NCBI RefSeq assembly: GCF_016433145.1
Contig: NC_058134.1
Location: 44,740,241 to 44,804,240 of the forward strand
Source: Gracilinanus agilis
Taxonomy: Eukaryota
Length of the DNA stretch: 64,000 nucleotides
Direction: 5' to 3'
Shown here: in pieces, positions 12,874 through 26,339 of the stretch
How positions within the stretch are numbered: the first letter of the stretch is position 1
Layout of the letters: the number at the start of each line of letters is the position of its first letter
Notes under the pieces: model-generated
Seen by the model: the letters and a program-made list of their open reading frames with translations, nothing else
Databases searched by the model: none
What the model was told of the DNA's origin: nothing
Translations under genes and position numbers: made by a program

Positions 12874-12999
12874 CCGTAGTAAGAAAGTAAGCTTGGAGTC
12901 CCTGTAGCAAACATGTCTCTGTTTTCCATTACCCACATCAACAAGCGCTGTAATCACTTGACCCAGGCAGCTCAATGATCGATTTATATTACCTGCTTC
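12874..12999 (-). CDS. KIF15: KIF15 coding exon 9
   Basis: tttag|GAAGCAGGT...CTACGG|gtaaag, 126 nt; [42 protein letters not shown] (kinesin HVxYRDSKLT motif). Confidence 0.97.
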
Positions 13000-13903
13000 C
13001 TAAATCATAAGAGGAAAAAAAAAAGGAATGTTTAGTTTAGCATAATACTTGCTATGTAACAAATAGCTGATGAAACTTTGAGTGGGAAGTGATAAAGAAC
13101 AATAGTACTAGCAATGATTTTCTTAACAAGAGAGTGCTTGACCACATTCTAATTTTTACCTACATTTAACTTTTGTGCAACTGTTAGTACTCAAAAGGAA
13201 GCAAAGAAATACACTAGGTTTAATGTTATTAAATATACTGAACCCTTGTATAACTGACTTTTGAACACAAGATAAACACATACCTAGGTTTTTCTGTGTG
13301 AAGCTGTTTCAGTTATTTGATTTGAGATAGTATTTTTAAAAGAAATAAATCAGAAAGCAACATTTTGAAGCTGTTACCTTTTGTTTGCTTTGCTCTCTTA
13401 TCAGTGGAAATATAAGCTTTGAAAGAAGGTGAGGAAGCAATAGTCTAGATTATTACTTTTACTTAATTCCTCCAGTTTGGGTCCATCCTATCCATCCAAA
13501 CTCTCTTCCCATTTCTCTCTAAAGTAAAGCCTCTATTCTAACCAGGATGGACAGTGGCCTCATCATTTCTGAAAATGCCATACCTGTTTTAGTGTCCAAA
13601 GAGCTACCATGATCTGATATGAACTTTCCTCGTATCTAAGTGCTACCTATTCTTCAGACCTAGCCCAAGTTTACCTCCCTTCAAGAAACATTCCTCAACC
13701 ATTCTTGGCTGATCTGATTTCTCCCTTTTCTGAACCATTTATCAGCTACAGTAGCAATTCTGTCACTTGATAAATAGAAACTTCAAAGAGATAACTGCTA
13801 CTTTGGCTGCCCAGTAAGAGAGTATACACATACTTTTCAGCAGTCCTAAAATAGGAGGACAAAATACTCCAGGTCCACTGAAGATTCCACATTGAATTCT
13901 CAC

Positions 13904-14113
13904 CTTCAATCTCAAACCTTCTGTATGTGTATCTTTTTGTCTTTCAGATCCAGCTAAGTCTACCAGGTTGAGCTGGGAGGACCGAATATTCACAATATCA
14001 CCATTTTTCTCCATTGACTCTACTGTAATTGTAAAGACAGCATGAGACCTGGAAGACTCTCTATTCATAGATGTAGCTGCCACACGTCTATTTCGCCATC
14101 CCCCTGATAATAC
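13904..14113 (-). CDS. KIF15: KIF15 coding exon 8 (switch I and switch II)
   Basis: ttcctag|GTATTATCA...TTGAAG|gtgaga, 210 nt; contains NRESSRSHAVF and LVDLAGSERQ. Confidence 0.98.
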
Positions 14114-15084
14114 CTAGGAAGAAAGATATCAAAAAAATCAGCAAAGGGTACATCCCCAAAACAGAAATAGCTAACCAGGAATTTGATGATAACTTTATTT
14201 TTAATAAGAAAATAATGGACAGTTCCAAAAAAGTGTAGTTTCTTTCTCCCTATAACCCCCATAAATGCTTCAACTCTAGACAGGGGAGAGAAACATTATC
14301 TCCATCATCTTAATTTTTCTTGGCCTTCTAGGCAAAGGCTAAGTGGTTTATCAAGAAGGGTACTATACCCCAGGACCTCCAAAGTTCCTTCCAAGCCCCA
14401 AATTGATAGTAAGGTGATAGCTTATTTTGTACCAATATTTGCAATGACACTACCATTTAAAGTAATTAACATGACAAAAGAGTCATAAGACTGAAACCAT
14501 TTAACTAATTTTAGGACTTTGGGAGAGAACCTCCCCTCCCCACCCTGTTTATTGCCATAAAATGTAAAGTTAGACTAGATCATCTCTTAAGATTCCTGTA
14601 GGCTCTAAAAAGCTATGATCTATAGCCTACTACAATATTTTCAACAGAGGATGAGCTGCATAAATGTTGAAAATCATGCTTTACAATGGTTAAAGTTTCT
14701 CTCAGAAGACTTCCACTGATGACAACTTGCTACCTCTCACGGAAAACATTCCCCCTTTGGATAATACAAATTACTAGAAAGTTATTTCTAACAGAAATGT
14801 GCCTTACTGCAACTTCTGCCCATTGTTTTTACTTTTCCCTTCTGGGGGGGGAGGGGGAAGAATATCAAATTCATCTTCCTTTCAACTTGTTTCCTCAATA
14901 AAGCAGAGAAGGAAACTGATCCTGGATCCTCAAATCAGAGTTTTGGGGAAACTATTTGTTTTGCTCCTTTTTTCAGTTTCTTTTGCTGGTTCATCACCCA
15001 CAGCATGCCCCCTAATTGTGAGTATATCACCATGCCTCTATTCTGGGCCCTGTGAGCTACTGTGATTCTATTTATCATCTCTGT

Positions 15085-15930
15085 GCAGATAATTTCCAAA
15101 TAACATTCCATGACTAGTTCTCGCTTGCATTCCAATCACGCATGCAACTGTCTATTACATATCTCAAAATGAACGTCCATTATCTTTACTCTCAAACACT
15201 CATTCCTTTTCTGAACTTTCCTATTCTTGTTGAGGGTGCTACCATCCTTCTGATCACCCATGTCTGAAATAATGGCATTATACTTAATGCCTCACTCTCT
15301 TTGGCCTACATATCTGATCAGTTACCAATCATTTCTACCTCCTCTACAACATCTTTCATTGGACCTCTTCTCTCTTCTCATATAACTACCAGGCTAGGCC
15401 AGATGTGCATTATCTCTTGTCCACACTATTGCAATAGCCTCCTATTTGGACATATAGGTGATCAGGGAATTTAGCACTAAATTTGTCATCAGAAAGATCT
15501 GAGTTCAAATCCCGTATCCAATACTAGGTATGTGAATCCAGGCAATTCATTTACCAGCTTCATGTTTCTTTATCTGTAAAATGGGGATAATAAAAGCTAT
15601 AATAGCTCTTGGGGTTGTTGTGAAAAACAAAATAACATTTGTAATGTGCTCTGTAAACTTTAATATATTTCATAAATGCTAGTTATTAATTGAACTCCAT
15701 GCCTTAAGTCTCCCCCACAGCTGCCAAACAATTTATACTAAAGTACAGGTCTGACTAGATCATTCCCTTACTCACTCAATTTCAATGGTTCTCTAGTCTC
15801 TATGTTCAAATATAAACTCTTCTGTTTTGCTTTTAAAGCTCTATGCAACCTGATCCCAATCTACAATTTGAACTTTATCATACATTACTCTCCTCCCTAT
15901 TCTCTATAGTTCAGCCGAAATAGACCACCT
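15085..15930 (+). mobile_element. L2 fragment interrupted by a MIR (about 15468-15690)
   Basis: L2-like C/T-rich body on both sides; MIR core atctgtaaaatggggataataa inside. Confidence 0.65.
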
Positions 15931-15989
15931 AATTTTTTCCGACCCATGTTTCAGCACCTTTACATAAATCCTAATAGAAGGCAACAAAA

Positions 15990-16600
15990 AGAATGGCTTG
16001 AATTCAGGTCTAATGGAAAAACCCAGAGGTCCTCAGGCTCAGTGACAAAGCAGATGGTAATGCATCTTCTTTAATATTTCCACTGTCAAAACAATAATGA
16101 ATTATAGCATTAAGAACCTGGGTGGTAACAACTTTCTTTTCTAGGTGATCAGTAGCTATGGGTGATAAGAAGTAAAAGGATGGGGAGGAGCAACTGCACC
16201 TGCAGGGCAATCATCAAGTGGTGTCTCCAGAAGATCTGATTCTCTGGATGAGGGCTGGACTGGAAGCAAGGCAGATACTCCCAAAGTTCTTAGACTCCTG
16301 GTCTTGAGCTATAATCATTCTTATCTGGGGTGAGGTGATAGTAGAGTTACTGGCAATGGTTTGACCATTTGGACAAATGCCACCTTCTGTCTCTCAGGGT
16401 GTCCTGTTGCCTGACCAGAATGGCTTGCCTTTTCTGGGGATGGCAATTGATAGGAATGGCTGGGCTGGAAGCAGGGCCAGGAGTCCGGAAAGTGTTGCTC
16501 TTCTCAGGGCTCCTGGATATTTTTGTCTACTGATTAGTAGCTGATTTTGACCAGGATGATAGGTTCTTGATGCTTTGTCCCAGGACCCAGATGTACTCTT
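15990..16600 (-). mobile_element. Probable solo LTR (ERV)
   Basis: On the minus strand: repeated U3-like motifs (cttccagcccagcc / cttccagtccagccc), ATTAAA, then U5-like gtcactgagcctgaggacc; termini not resolved. Confidence 0.5.
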
Positions 16601-17110
16601 TCCATTTTGCTCTTAAAATCCCTTGTTTCCTATCAAGGTCTCAAATGCCACTTTCTGCATAGAAGCTATCCTGATACAGAAGGCAGTGCCCTCTCCTCAA
16701 AAAAATCCTGTTCATCTTGTTTGTATGCATTTTTTTGTAAAATGTAATGTCAAGGGCATAGATGGTTTTATTTTTATCTTTGTATCTCTAAGGTCTAGCA
16801 TAGGTTTTAGCACCAGATAGGATTTTATTTAATAAATGCTTTTTGGAAATCTGAGTAGTCAGACTCCCTTGGGAATTAATGAGGATAAAAACACTCGATA
16901 TTAAATATTTAAATAATATTGTATCACCAAAAATGTTTATTTCTTTATGCAAAAGCAAAATATATGAAATGAGCTTTATGTACATTATTACTCCTTTGCA
17001 AAATATTCCAGATTTATTTTTGGCATTTTTAACTCTTACTTCTGCTAACAGTGTGTCTCAAGTACATGGGAATGCTGCCTAAACACTGAATAATAAGATG
17101 GATTGGTTAC

Positions 17111-17290
17111 CTGATAAGCTTCAGCAGCAGATGTTACCACCTGTTCAACAGCTCCAACTACATAGACACCCTTTTTGATGTGTTCTCTTAAAAACAGCCC
17201 AGCAGAAGCAGAATCCAGTAAATCAAATATCTGTTCATTGTAAATTTCAATGAACGAGCACTTACAAAGGAAACTCTTTCCAGTCCCAGC
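17111..17290 (-). CDS. KIF15: KIF15 coding exon 7
   Basis: ttgcag|GCTGGG...TATCAG|gtaacc, 180 nt; AGTGKSFLCKCSFIEIYNEQIFDLLDSASAGLFLREHIKKGVYVVGAVEQVVTSAAEAYQ. Confidence 0.97.
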
Positions 17291-18189
17291 CTGCAAAACA
17301 GTATTTTTATATGTATGTATCACTTTACCAACAGCAGTTTTCTAACAGTTCCAATCATGATAATCATACCTTAAGGTGATTTCATTAGGTGTAATCTCCT
17401 ATGTTATAATTTAACAAAATTAAAAAGCATAAGAGACTAGTATTTTTTATTTCTCTCTTAAAATATCTGTTAGCCAAACATTTTCTATATTTTATAAACC
17501 TACTATCTAATATATACATGTATTTATATACACACATATCTCAATTAATACACATTCCTTAGTTTAAGTGGCAGTCAGAAGGTAGTTCTGGAACTAGATT
17601 ACTGCCTACCACAAGGGGATAGAGCACAAGGCTAGTCATAGGCTCAAAGTCAATGTTAAATATGTACCAAAACTTTTGATTCACTAAATTAGAATACAAG
17701 CACAAGAGAAGGTATAGATATAAGAATAGGACTCTACAAATATCACATACTGGGAGATCTAGATACCATAGTAATGAGTCCTATGTGAAGGGGTGAAATA
17801 GGACCTCACTTGCTTATAGGGGAAAGGGCAGAACCCATGCATGGCATGCAACAATGGAAAAGTGAGATTGGACACCAAGCAAACAAAAATATTTTAAGAA
17901 TATTAATTTCTTTTGAGAAGTGTGAGACTAAAGTAATTATTATATCCTTTTTCACTGAGTTGAATGTATTATGATCTATTTTTGTGAATAACCAAATGAA
18001 AACCATATGCAATTATGATGAATCCAATTTCTCTCTGAGAACTGAGTTCTGTACATCACATTACTATGGTTTTACCCTTTTCTTCTTCATGTTTCTCTTA
18101 TAGCCTAATAAAGTAAATAGCATCACTTTTACATTCTAATATATTCAAAACCATATACCTTATAACTCTCAACTTAATATAAAATGTAC

Positions 18190-18287
18190 CTTTTCCTTTT
18201 CACGATCAATTAAAAAAAAGAGATATTCAAAACTTCTGGGAATTACACCTCTAAGATTATGGGTGAAATTATCAGATTCAGATGGTC
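18190..18287 (-). CDS. KIF15: KIF15 coding exon 6
   Basis: ctttag|GACCATCT...GAAAAG|gtacat, 98 nt; (G)PSESDNFTHNLRGVIPRSFEYLFFLIDREKEK. Confidence 0.96.
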
Positions 18288-19014
18288 CTAAAGAAAAAGA
18301 AACAATGAAAGAGTTCATAAAAGTATCAAGTATATTTTTATAGAATTAGACCAGCTATTTCAAAATACTGGAAAAATTTATAAATTACTGAAAATAAAAG
18401 AAAATTTACCCATAATCTATATTCTTATTTTTGCTTTAGCATTAGGTAAACTTAAAAAATTTGTGAAATAACTAAATTACAAGCTCAAACAAAATTATCT
18501 GCAAAGCAATAGGCCCAGGAGAGGATTCACAGAGAAGAGTTCAAGTCATTGCTTTAACATTTTTAAAGATCTATCAATTCTTTACCATGAATTCTATCCT
18601 CCAAAACCAGCCACTGACTAGTTGATATTAGTGGATACTTGCTGACAAACATTTGGGAAGGTGCTCGGGTGATCTGGCCTTTCTTGGGCTGGTCCTAGAT
18701 GATAAACATACCTATCCTCTGATCAGAAAACTTCTCCAGAAAGGTAGAACTCAGCATGATTGCTGTCACTTCAAGATCCCAGGGCTACCTCCATATTATT
18801 AGAAGGAATCAAACTGTCACATTCCCACATGATTTTAACTCATAAAAAGCATTAAAGGCTTTGGTTTTAATAATTTTCCAACTCCAAATATCAAAATAAG
18901 TACCATTTCAGGTAATGAAAAAAAATCAATATAGAAAAAGCTCAAGATTTCAAATTGCTGTGCAGGACAGCAGAAAAGGGCAAAGTGTAAATCATCTTGA
19001 CAATTATATTGATA

Positions 19015-19610
19015 TGTTCAAGTTGCCCTACCATGTGGGTGATGAAGATATGTAAGAAGATATTTACCTGGAGACCCAGAGTAACTAAGAGAAGCTGACA
19101 ATCCTTGAGAAAATGACCTCAAATAAACCAAACTGAAGGAACTATAGGAAATGGGGATGGGATACTCAGCTAACTTTAGGCCTCATGTTCCACTGAGCAA
19201 ACTATCTCTCTGTTAACCTTGGGCTTTAACTATGGGACATTTGGCCCTAAGACTCAGTGGGTCATTGTACTGCTGAAACCTTGAGACTGAGTTACTTCAT
19301 TCTTTATCTTTTTATCGTATGCCAATTAAATGTTACTAAGTCTTTGTTTCTCCTCACACCTGGGAATCTGTCACCCCTGTTTCCAAGAACTCTCCATTCA
19401 TGCCAACTCAGGCCTTTCTCTGGACCAGCCACTTCTACTAGTCCCTTCTCACACCTCCCTTCTCTAGAAGATTATTTAATCAGCACTCTGTTGCTTCTAA
19501 ATAGAGCTCCTTGGAAATAGGCTGATTAGCTCCACATGTGTATATGTCCCTGCTTAATAAAGATTATCTTAATTTTAAAGGCATCTTATATTTCTATTAT
19601 ATTCCTAGAA
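19015..19610 (+). mobile_element. Probable solo LTR
   Basis: GC-elevated block with an AATAAA near its 3' end (cttaataaagattatc); termini and TSD not resolved. Confidence 0.4.
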
Positions 19611-19799
19611 TGTAGGTCTCTAAGGGTCTGAGTGTCCCAGGATGTTTTGCTCTCCCTTGGATGGGAAATCTAAGTTCTCTAGACCTTGTGCCTCAATTTG
19701 AAAAGATAAGATCTTCAAGAGAAAATTATTTAAACTATACTTAAAAGAAAAACCACTCTCTGATCCAATAGAAGATTTAAAAAACATTTATTTACTTAC

Positions 19800-19837
19800 C
19801 CATCATAGTAAATGTTTTTCCTGAGCCAGTTTGACCA
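19800..19837 (-). CDS. KIF15: KIF15 coding exon 5 (P-loop)
   Basis: ttctag|TGGTCAAACTGGCTCAGGAAAAACATTTACTATGATGG|gtaagt, 38 nt; GQTGSGKT Walker A. Confidence 0.97.
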
Positions 19838-20990
19838 CTAGAAAAGTCAAATTTAAAAAAAATATTTAAAACACTACTTAGAATGGGAGTCCACTTCCTT
19901 TTAATGCTATCTGCCAAATACATACTTTTTTCAAAATTAATTGTTTTTAAAAATCAATCTACTAGAATCCTTTCACCCAAAGGTCTTTGGCAGCTTAGAG
20001 GCATACAAATACATTCTCTTTCTGTTCAGCTATTAAAGCTAATGAGAAAACCAAGAATGTAGGAAAAAAATATACGAATATGATTCAGAGTGCAAACTCA
20101 TTCTAACAAATAAGTATAGTTTTTTAACCTTTTCAGCTTAAAGATGAAAAAATTCTTTAGTCACATAGCATGAATACTCATTACACAATAATTTAGTTTT
20201 AAGTTCCCTGAACCTCAAACATTTGCTTTTCTAAAGTCATCTACACTAGATATTTCTCAAAGCCTAAAAAAAACCATTATATACTCTGCAAGCTAAGTAT
20301 TACAATTAATGATAGCAATCTGCAAAGATAATAGTCTTGAAAATAAAATATTTCAAGCCACTGCTTTTATTCAAAAGTAATTTTTAGAAACTCTACAACC
20401 AAAAATATTGCCTAAAAATCATTACTCTGATGGGAAAACAGTATTAGAAAAGCATTATCTGCCTCACTGCCCAGAAAAGGAAGTTTAATTCTCTTGAATA
20501 AATTACTTAGCTTTTTATAGGAGGATGAGTGAATAGCAAAAGTGAATTTTCCCTGTACAATGTATGAAATATGAGAACTGTTATCATATTATGTCTTTTG
20601 ACTTATTCATATTTGGGTCATTTAGAGAACCATAATGGAGACATAAATCTAAGAGGCCTTAAAATATTACATATAATTCATAGCATACTTTGTCAGAAGT
20701 CCCCTTGGTAGAATAAAAAAGTTTGTTATATGGTGTAGAAAGAATACTATGCTATCAACTGCTGAAAAACTGCAGGTACATTTTATACATACTTCTGAAA
20801 TTAATTTCTTTGCAGCCATAGCAACATATTCACCTACAAAGTTACACTAATTACATACATTACTCGTCATTCCTGACATCAGGATTGTATAAGTCCATAA
20901 TTCTCAAAATGCCAAAAAATTATCCTGTAATTCTGTTAATATTTCTAGTAACATTTTGTTTACATTTTTTATAAATTAAATTAAGCTTAC

Positions 20991-21067
20991 TATGCAAAGA
21001 TGGTACCATTATAACCATTCATGCAGGATTCAACAATGCTTTTGGCCACACTTGAGAATATAGACTC
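20991..21067 (-). CDS. KIF15: KIF15 coding exon 4
   Basis: tcacag|GAGTCT...TTTGCATA|gtaagc, 77 nt; ESIFSSVAKSIVESCMNGYNGTIFAY. Confidence 0.97.
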
Positions 21068-21539
21068 CTGTGAATTAAGTGCAAAAATGTATAGTTAAAA
21101 TTTTATAATTAAAAACATTTCCTAAACTACTTTATGCTGGTTGAACTGAATTATAATTTAAGTAGGAGGATGAAGCACAAATTCATAGTTATAATGTATG
21201 TCATGCTAGAAGTGCATTTAAAAAGCAAACCTAAATGCTGTTAACTCAGATCACTCTGTAATATTAATATTAATCTGTATATTAATACAGAATTTTAAGT
21301 GTTCCCATGGATTTAATTTATTTTTTAATAATTTTTATATTATTTATATATATAATATTTATAATTTATTTTCTGAAGAGGATGTTTCTATGGAGTTGTA
21401 ACATTGCTAACAAATGCAGTCTACAGGAAAAGTTTGTTTACACAGAAGAATGTCTCAAACTAATATCCTGTAGCTCCACGGTCACCATTACAAGGTGATT
21501 AAACTTTTTTCAGTGTTGTACACTCCATGAAATGATTTC

Positions 21540-21715
21540 AGTTCAAGAGTCCTTAACCTTTTTTTGGGTCATGGGCTTCTTTGGAAATCTGATAAGACTT
21601 ATGGACCCTTCTTCAGAATGTTTTAAAATACACAGGATTACAAAGTAAGCTATATTAAAGTACAGTTATCAAAAAGTATTATTAGAAAGTTCATCTTCAG
21701 GCTAAAAACTCCTAT
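21540..21715. mobile_element. Ancient hAT-Charlie MITE (MER-type)
   Basis: ccttaacctttttttgggtcatggg...atggacccttcttcagaatg...gctaaaaactcct resembles the therian Charlie MITE consensus with degenerate TIRs. Confidence 0.6.
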
Positions 21716-22139
21716 TTCATTACCATTAGCCTTTATAAGAGACTTGTACCCACTCATTTACCCACTCACTGTTACTATGCAGTGGTTTGAATAACTACAT
21801 TTAAAGAACTAGAAGCCTGAAGAATTCAATCTTGTGACCCTGAGAACCCTTCAAACTCAGTCTATGGTTCAAAATACATTTAGTTTGGTATAAGACCCTT
21901 ATTATCAATTTATATTAAGCTATTTAGTCACATAAAATTCAATCCATAAAGGGATATTAATCAGGAGTCACAATAATCAAATGCTGACTATTATCATTTA
22001 TAGTCAGCCTTTCAAATTTGTAATTTGCAGGATTGTAGACATGTGATTCTGAGCCAGTAGCTGGAAAACATTTTTAATTTTCAAATTCCTAGGGTTCTAC
22101 TTATGGGCCAAAAAATTCTTGTTTAAAACATTCAAAGAA

Positions 22140-22332
22140 GGACTAGCTGGGTGGCTCAGTGGATAGATAGCAAGGCCTGGAGATGGGAGATGCTGGGTTT
22201 AAATCTGGCCTCAACTTCTTAGTTGTGTGATCCTGGGCAAGTCACTTATCCCCAATTGCCTAGCCCTTATTGCTCTTCTGCTTTGAAACCTATACTGAGT
22301 ATTGGTTTTAAGACAGAAAGTTTTTTTTTTAA
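22140..22332 (+). mobile_element. SINE1_Mdo-type SINE
   Basis: agctgggtggctcagtggatag head, gggcaagtcactt core, cccttattgctcttctg. Confidence 0.85.
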
Positions 22333-23111
22333 ATTGTAGATCAACAGCTCAAAATATTAAGAATGTCCTAACTCCTAGGTCCAGAAATTCTCCTGTTACA
22401 TTAATATAATTAATTCTCATATAGTACGTGTTTATAGCATGTAAGTCAATAGTGAATTAATCTTTAACTTATATAATGATTTGGCAGATAGAATGTTGGA
22501 TATGGAGTCAAGAAGCCCTGGGATCAAACCTTGCCTCTGACAAAACAGCTATGTGACCACTGACAAGTTACTTTACCTCTCTGTCTTTTATAAAATCAGG
22601 GTAACAACTATGGTAGCTATCTCATAAGGTTGTTGTTGTAGGCCTCAGGTAGCTAATGTATGTAAAGTCCTTTGTAAATTTTAAAACCAAAATAAATGTC
22701 ATTATTATTCCAATTCTATTAGTTCTTATTTGGATTTTAATTCATCACATGTGTAAGTTAAAAAATATTTATTTTTAAATAGTTTTCAATCCAGCCTATC
22801 ATTATACCAGTAGCATAATGTGCTGCTCTTCTTTCCCATAAATGACTTTTGGTCTTGCAAGTAAATATGATAATCATCAGGTAAAAAGCAGACTAGGCAG
22901 TTTCAGTAAAAGTTTTGATGAAAGAAGAGAATCAAACTATTTATTAAAATTAGTCCTCTGCATTACCTGAAAATTTTATAAAACCTTTTCTATTTCATAT
23001 GACTCATGATAACAGAAAGCAGAAGGTAATCACTAAAATCAATACCTCCTAAAGCTAAATAATATATGGAACAAATCTTCTTTGTCTTTATGTCCATCTA
23101 AAGGCACTTAC

Positions 23112-23298
23112 CTGAGTAGTGTCCATATCTGCAACATGATCAAATGTGAAGATCTTGGGCTCTGGTTTAGAATGCAGACGGAGGCTATTGGAAGTGAGCA
23201 CTGATAAGCACAAGCCAGGATGCTCTCCATCATGGAGGATGGGCCCCTCAATAGGGGGACGGACTCTTATAAAAACTTTGATGACGTCACCCTCGTTA
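23112..23298 (-). CDS. KIF15: KIF15 coding exon 3 (start of motor domain)
   Basis: ctccag|TAACGAG...ACTCAG|gtaagt, 187 nt; SNEGDVIKVFIRVRPP...KIFTFDHVADMDTTQ. Confidence 0.97.
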
Positions 23299-23441
23299 CT
23301 GGAGGAAAATAAATATTTCAAGTCAAAATCTACTAAAGATGAGTTTCTAGTTAAAAGAGACTTAAAATAAAATGAACTCTAATCTACTCAAAATTTCTCC
23401 TTTCAACAAATCAATCTCAATACCTATCTATCAGATCTTAG

Positions 23442-23445
<4 letters not shown>

Positions 23446-23508
<63 letters not shown>
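23446..23508. repeat. (TC)n microsatellite, about 31 units
   Basis: Directly visible perfect dinucleotide run. Confidence 0.98.
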
Positions 23509-23512
<4 letters not shown>

Positions 23513-24019
23513 AACTAAAAGGTTCTTCTATAAGTTACAAGGCATTCATTTTAAGATGGTCCAAGTGTTTCTCAAAGTTTATTTTGACAAAAGAACAAAT
23601 ATCATATCTGTTCATATTTTATAAAGTGACTTGCCCAAGGTACTGACTTATCAAGGAAAAGAGCAATGAATAGGAGGAACAAAAAGCCCAGTAGTCTACA
23701 TTTATATAGCCCTTCAAAGTATCTAAAATGCTTCTCTCATAAGAACCCTGTGAGGCAGGTAGTATAAATACCATTATCTTCTTTTATAGATGAAGAAAAG
23801 GAGTCAGAGAAATTAAATGACTTGCCTTTGGTCACTAAACTATTAGGGGTTAGACCTAGGATACTAATCCATGTCTCTTGAATCAAAGTCCATTTCTTTC
23901 ATTAAGGTCCCATTACCTCTCTAGTCTACGCTGCTTTTTGAGACTAAATCTGCTTAAGAATACTCCATTTCCACACCTTCTTCAAAGTTCCATTAAAGAA
24001 GTTTGTTTTTGTTTTTTAC

Positions 24020-24062
24020 CTTACGTGGTTAGACTGTGTTGGTGTTACAGCACGTAAATTAT
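24020..24062 (-). CDS. KIF15: KIF15 coding exon 2
   Basis: ttttctag|ATAATTTACGT...CACGTAAG|gtaaaa, 43 nt; (D)NLRAVTPTQSNHV(S); frame links exons 1 and 3. Confidence 0.9.
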
Positions 24063-24332
24063 CTAGAAAAGAAGATAGGAAAATAATATTAAATATGAAT
24101 TAGACAGTTATCATAGGACACTCATATTGATAGGTTTTTTCTCCCTTAATCTCTCCGCTAGTATAGCTCCCTGACAGTTATCAGACAAAATACTGAAGTA
24201 AAAATTATATTTATTTTTCAAATAAGAGAATGACATACATTCTCAATGAAAAGTGTTTTGAAAGCAGAAAGTGCTTTCAAGACCTCAGTTGTCTCAGAAC
24301 CAGATTTCTAGCAACCAGCCCATATGTAAGTA

Positions 24333-24691
24333 TATGGATGGCAAACCTTTTGGAGATGGAGTGTTGGGCTCCTTCCCCCAGGCTGAGTGCCATGCTCCCC
24401 CTGCCCCAGAGACCATATGTCTGTGCCCCTCCTCCCCACTGAGTGCCAGGCACCGCCCCCCCCCCCCCATACACACACACTGGGGAGGGAAGAGAAAAAA
24501 AGAGCTGCTGGGAAGTGATGTGAAAAAATGTCATCAGGTATGGTGGAAAAGGGGAAGGAAGGAGTTCTGAGTCCCTCTCCCTTTCTAGTAATGAACTGGG
24601 GATAGGGATGGGGACGTTAAGTAGCCATGTGCCCACAGAGAGGGTTCAGAGTGCCATCTTTGGCACCTATGCCATAGGTTCACCATCACTG
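24333..24691. mobile_element. Second, longer copy of the 7181 hAT family, in opposite orientation
   Basis: Right TIR AGGTTCACCATCACTG 24676-24691; degenerate left TIR tatggatggcaaacct; subterminal gtgcccacagagagg...ttggcacc is the reverse complement of the 7181 left end; no clean TSD. Confidence 0.8.
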
Positions 24692-25389
24692 CTCTAGCCT
24701 CAAGCATATAGTAAAAAAATAAAAAATTAGTCTTTGACAGCAAAGTTGCATTCTTTGAGTCACAAAAACAGAAGCAAAGGATGGCTATGACTGTTCACAT
24801 CTGGAAAAAAAAGCCAATCTTTTTACACAAGAAAAAAGAATAAGTAGAAGCAGGAAAATCACTGATACAACCCTTGGTACATTCAATTCCCATACCAATG
24901 AAGTCACAGATCTTTGTAATGCAAAAGAAATGAACAGTCCTAACTACTGCAGTAACAGTTTGACTTAAACTCTGTGACCACATTTAATTGATGCATATGA
25001 GCATTATAGAGACAATGTGGATAAGTTGATACAGGCAGGAAAAAGTGAGTTCAGATCCTGTCCAGGACACACAGTAGCTACATGACCAATAACAAATGAC
25101 TTAGCATCTCAATGTACCACAAACACTCTAACATTCTAAGTATGCAGAGTGCCTTATACATGTTACAGGTGCAAAATTAGGGAGGGAAAGAAAGGCAAGA
25201 AAATAATACAGGCTAAAGATAGCATATGTTGTCTTAGCTGAGTTACAGAAAGAGAAACCTATTTCCAATTTTTCCTAGTCTTTACTGCACTTTCCACAAA
25301 CCAACTAAGGTATTTTAAAGATAGCGCCTTCCTATACTTCAATCAAAATAACATTGCAACAGAGGGAATGCAAAAGCAGAATTAAGAAC

Positions 25390-25680
25390 TGTCTTTTATT
25401 AAAACAAATTTTAAAGAGACATACAAAAATAAGTAAAACAATGCCACTCTTCTCACTAAAATTTGTTTGGGAAAATGCACTTATTTGCTTAAAAACATGT
25501 TATTTATGTTAATGTAACAGGTTTACTGTCATCTAAATGAATTAACATTTTAAAAATTGATGTTTTAGTCATTAATATGGCAAATATTGATAGATGACTC
25601 ATAAAAGTTCTTCAGAGTTCTCAATAATTGTAAAGAGTACAAATTGTCCTGAGAATAGAAAATTTGCAAACCAACAGTCT
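25390..25680. mobile_element. Charlie1/MER33-like hAT fragment
   Basis: aatatggcaaatattgatagat...gttctcaataattgtaaagagt...gtcctgagaatagaaaatttgcaaacc resembles the Charlie1-family end. Confidence 0.6.
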
Positions 25681-26339
25681 CCTAGGAAAAGCAATGAACT
25701 AATGAGTCAAGACACCTGAGTCCTGTGATGGGTCCAAATTTTATTTTCCTTTTTATTTCTAGCACCTAAACCAGTGCCTTTATCTGGCCCTTCATGTTCA
25801 TTTGTTCAACTGAATTAGTTACCTGTGTTCACCATTTATTAAACTTAATAATATTTTTTATTCTACTTTGCCTCAATCTCTTTATCCCTTAATGAGAAAA
25901 ACAGTTCCACCTACTTTGGGTAGAGTTAATCTAGGTTTAACAAATGCTTTTATGAGTTGTAAGAGACTTAAGGGCTTACCAGTTTCAACCTATCATTTTA
26001 CAAGTAAGAAAAATAGAGACTCCAAGATACATAAAAGCCATGCTTGAGGTCACACACAGGTCCCAACATCACAGATTTAAGGCTGGAAGGTACCTTAGCA
26101 GACCATCATAGTCCAACCTCTTCATTTTACAGGTGAGGAAACAATAACAAAGAAGGATTAAGAGACTTGCCCAAGTAGTAGTAATAATAGTTACATTTTA
26201 TATATTGCCTCAAAGTTTGCAAAGCACTGGACTTAGTATCTCAAACAGCTCATCTATGCATATCTCATATGTTTTAAGTTTTCATAATTTACTTGTAAAA
26301 AAAGTGTCTAAATGGGAAGAATTAAGACTGGAGATATTC

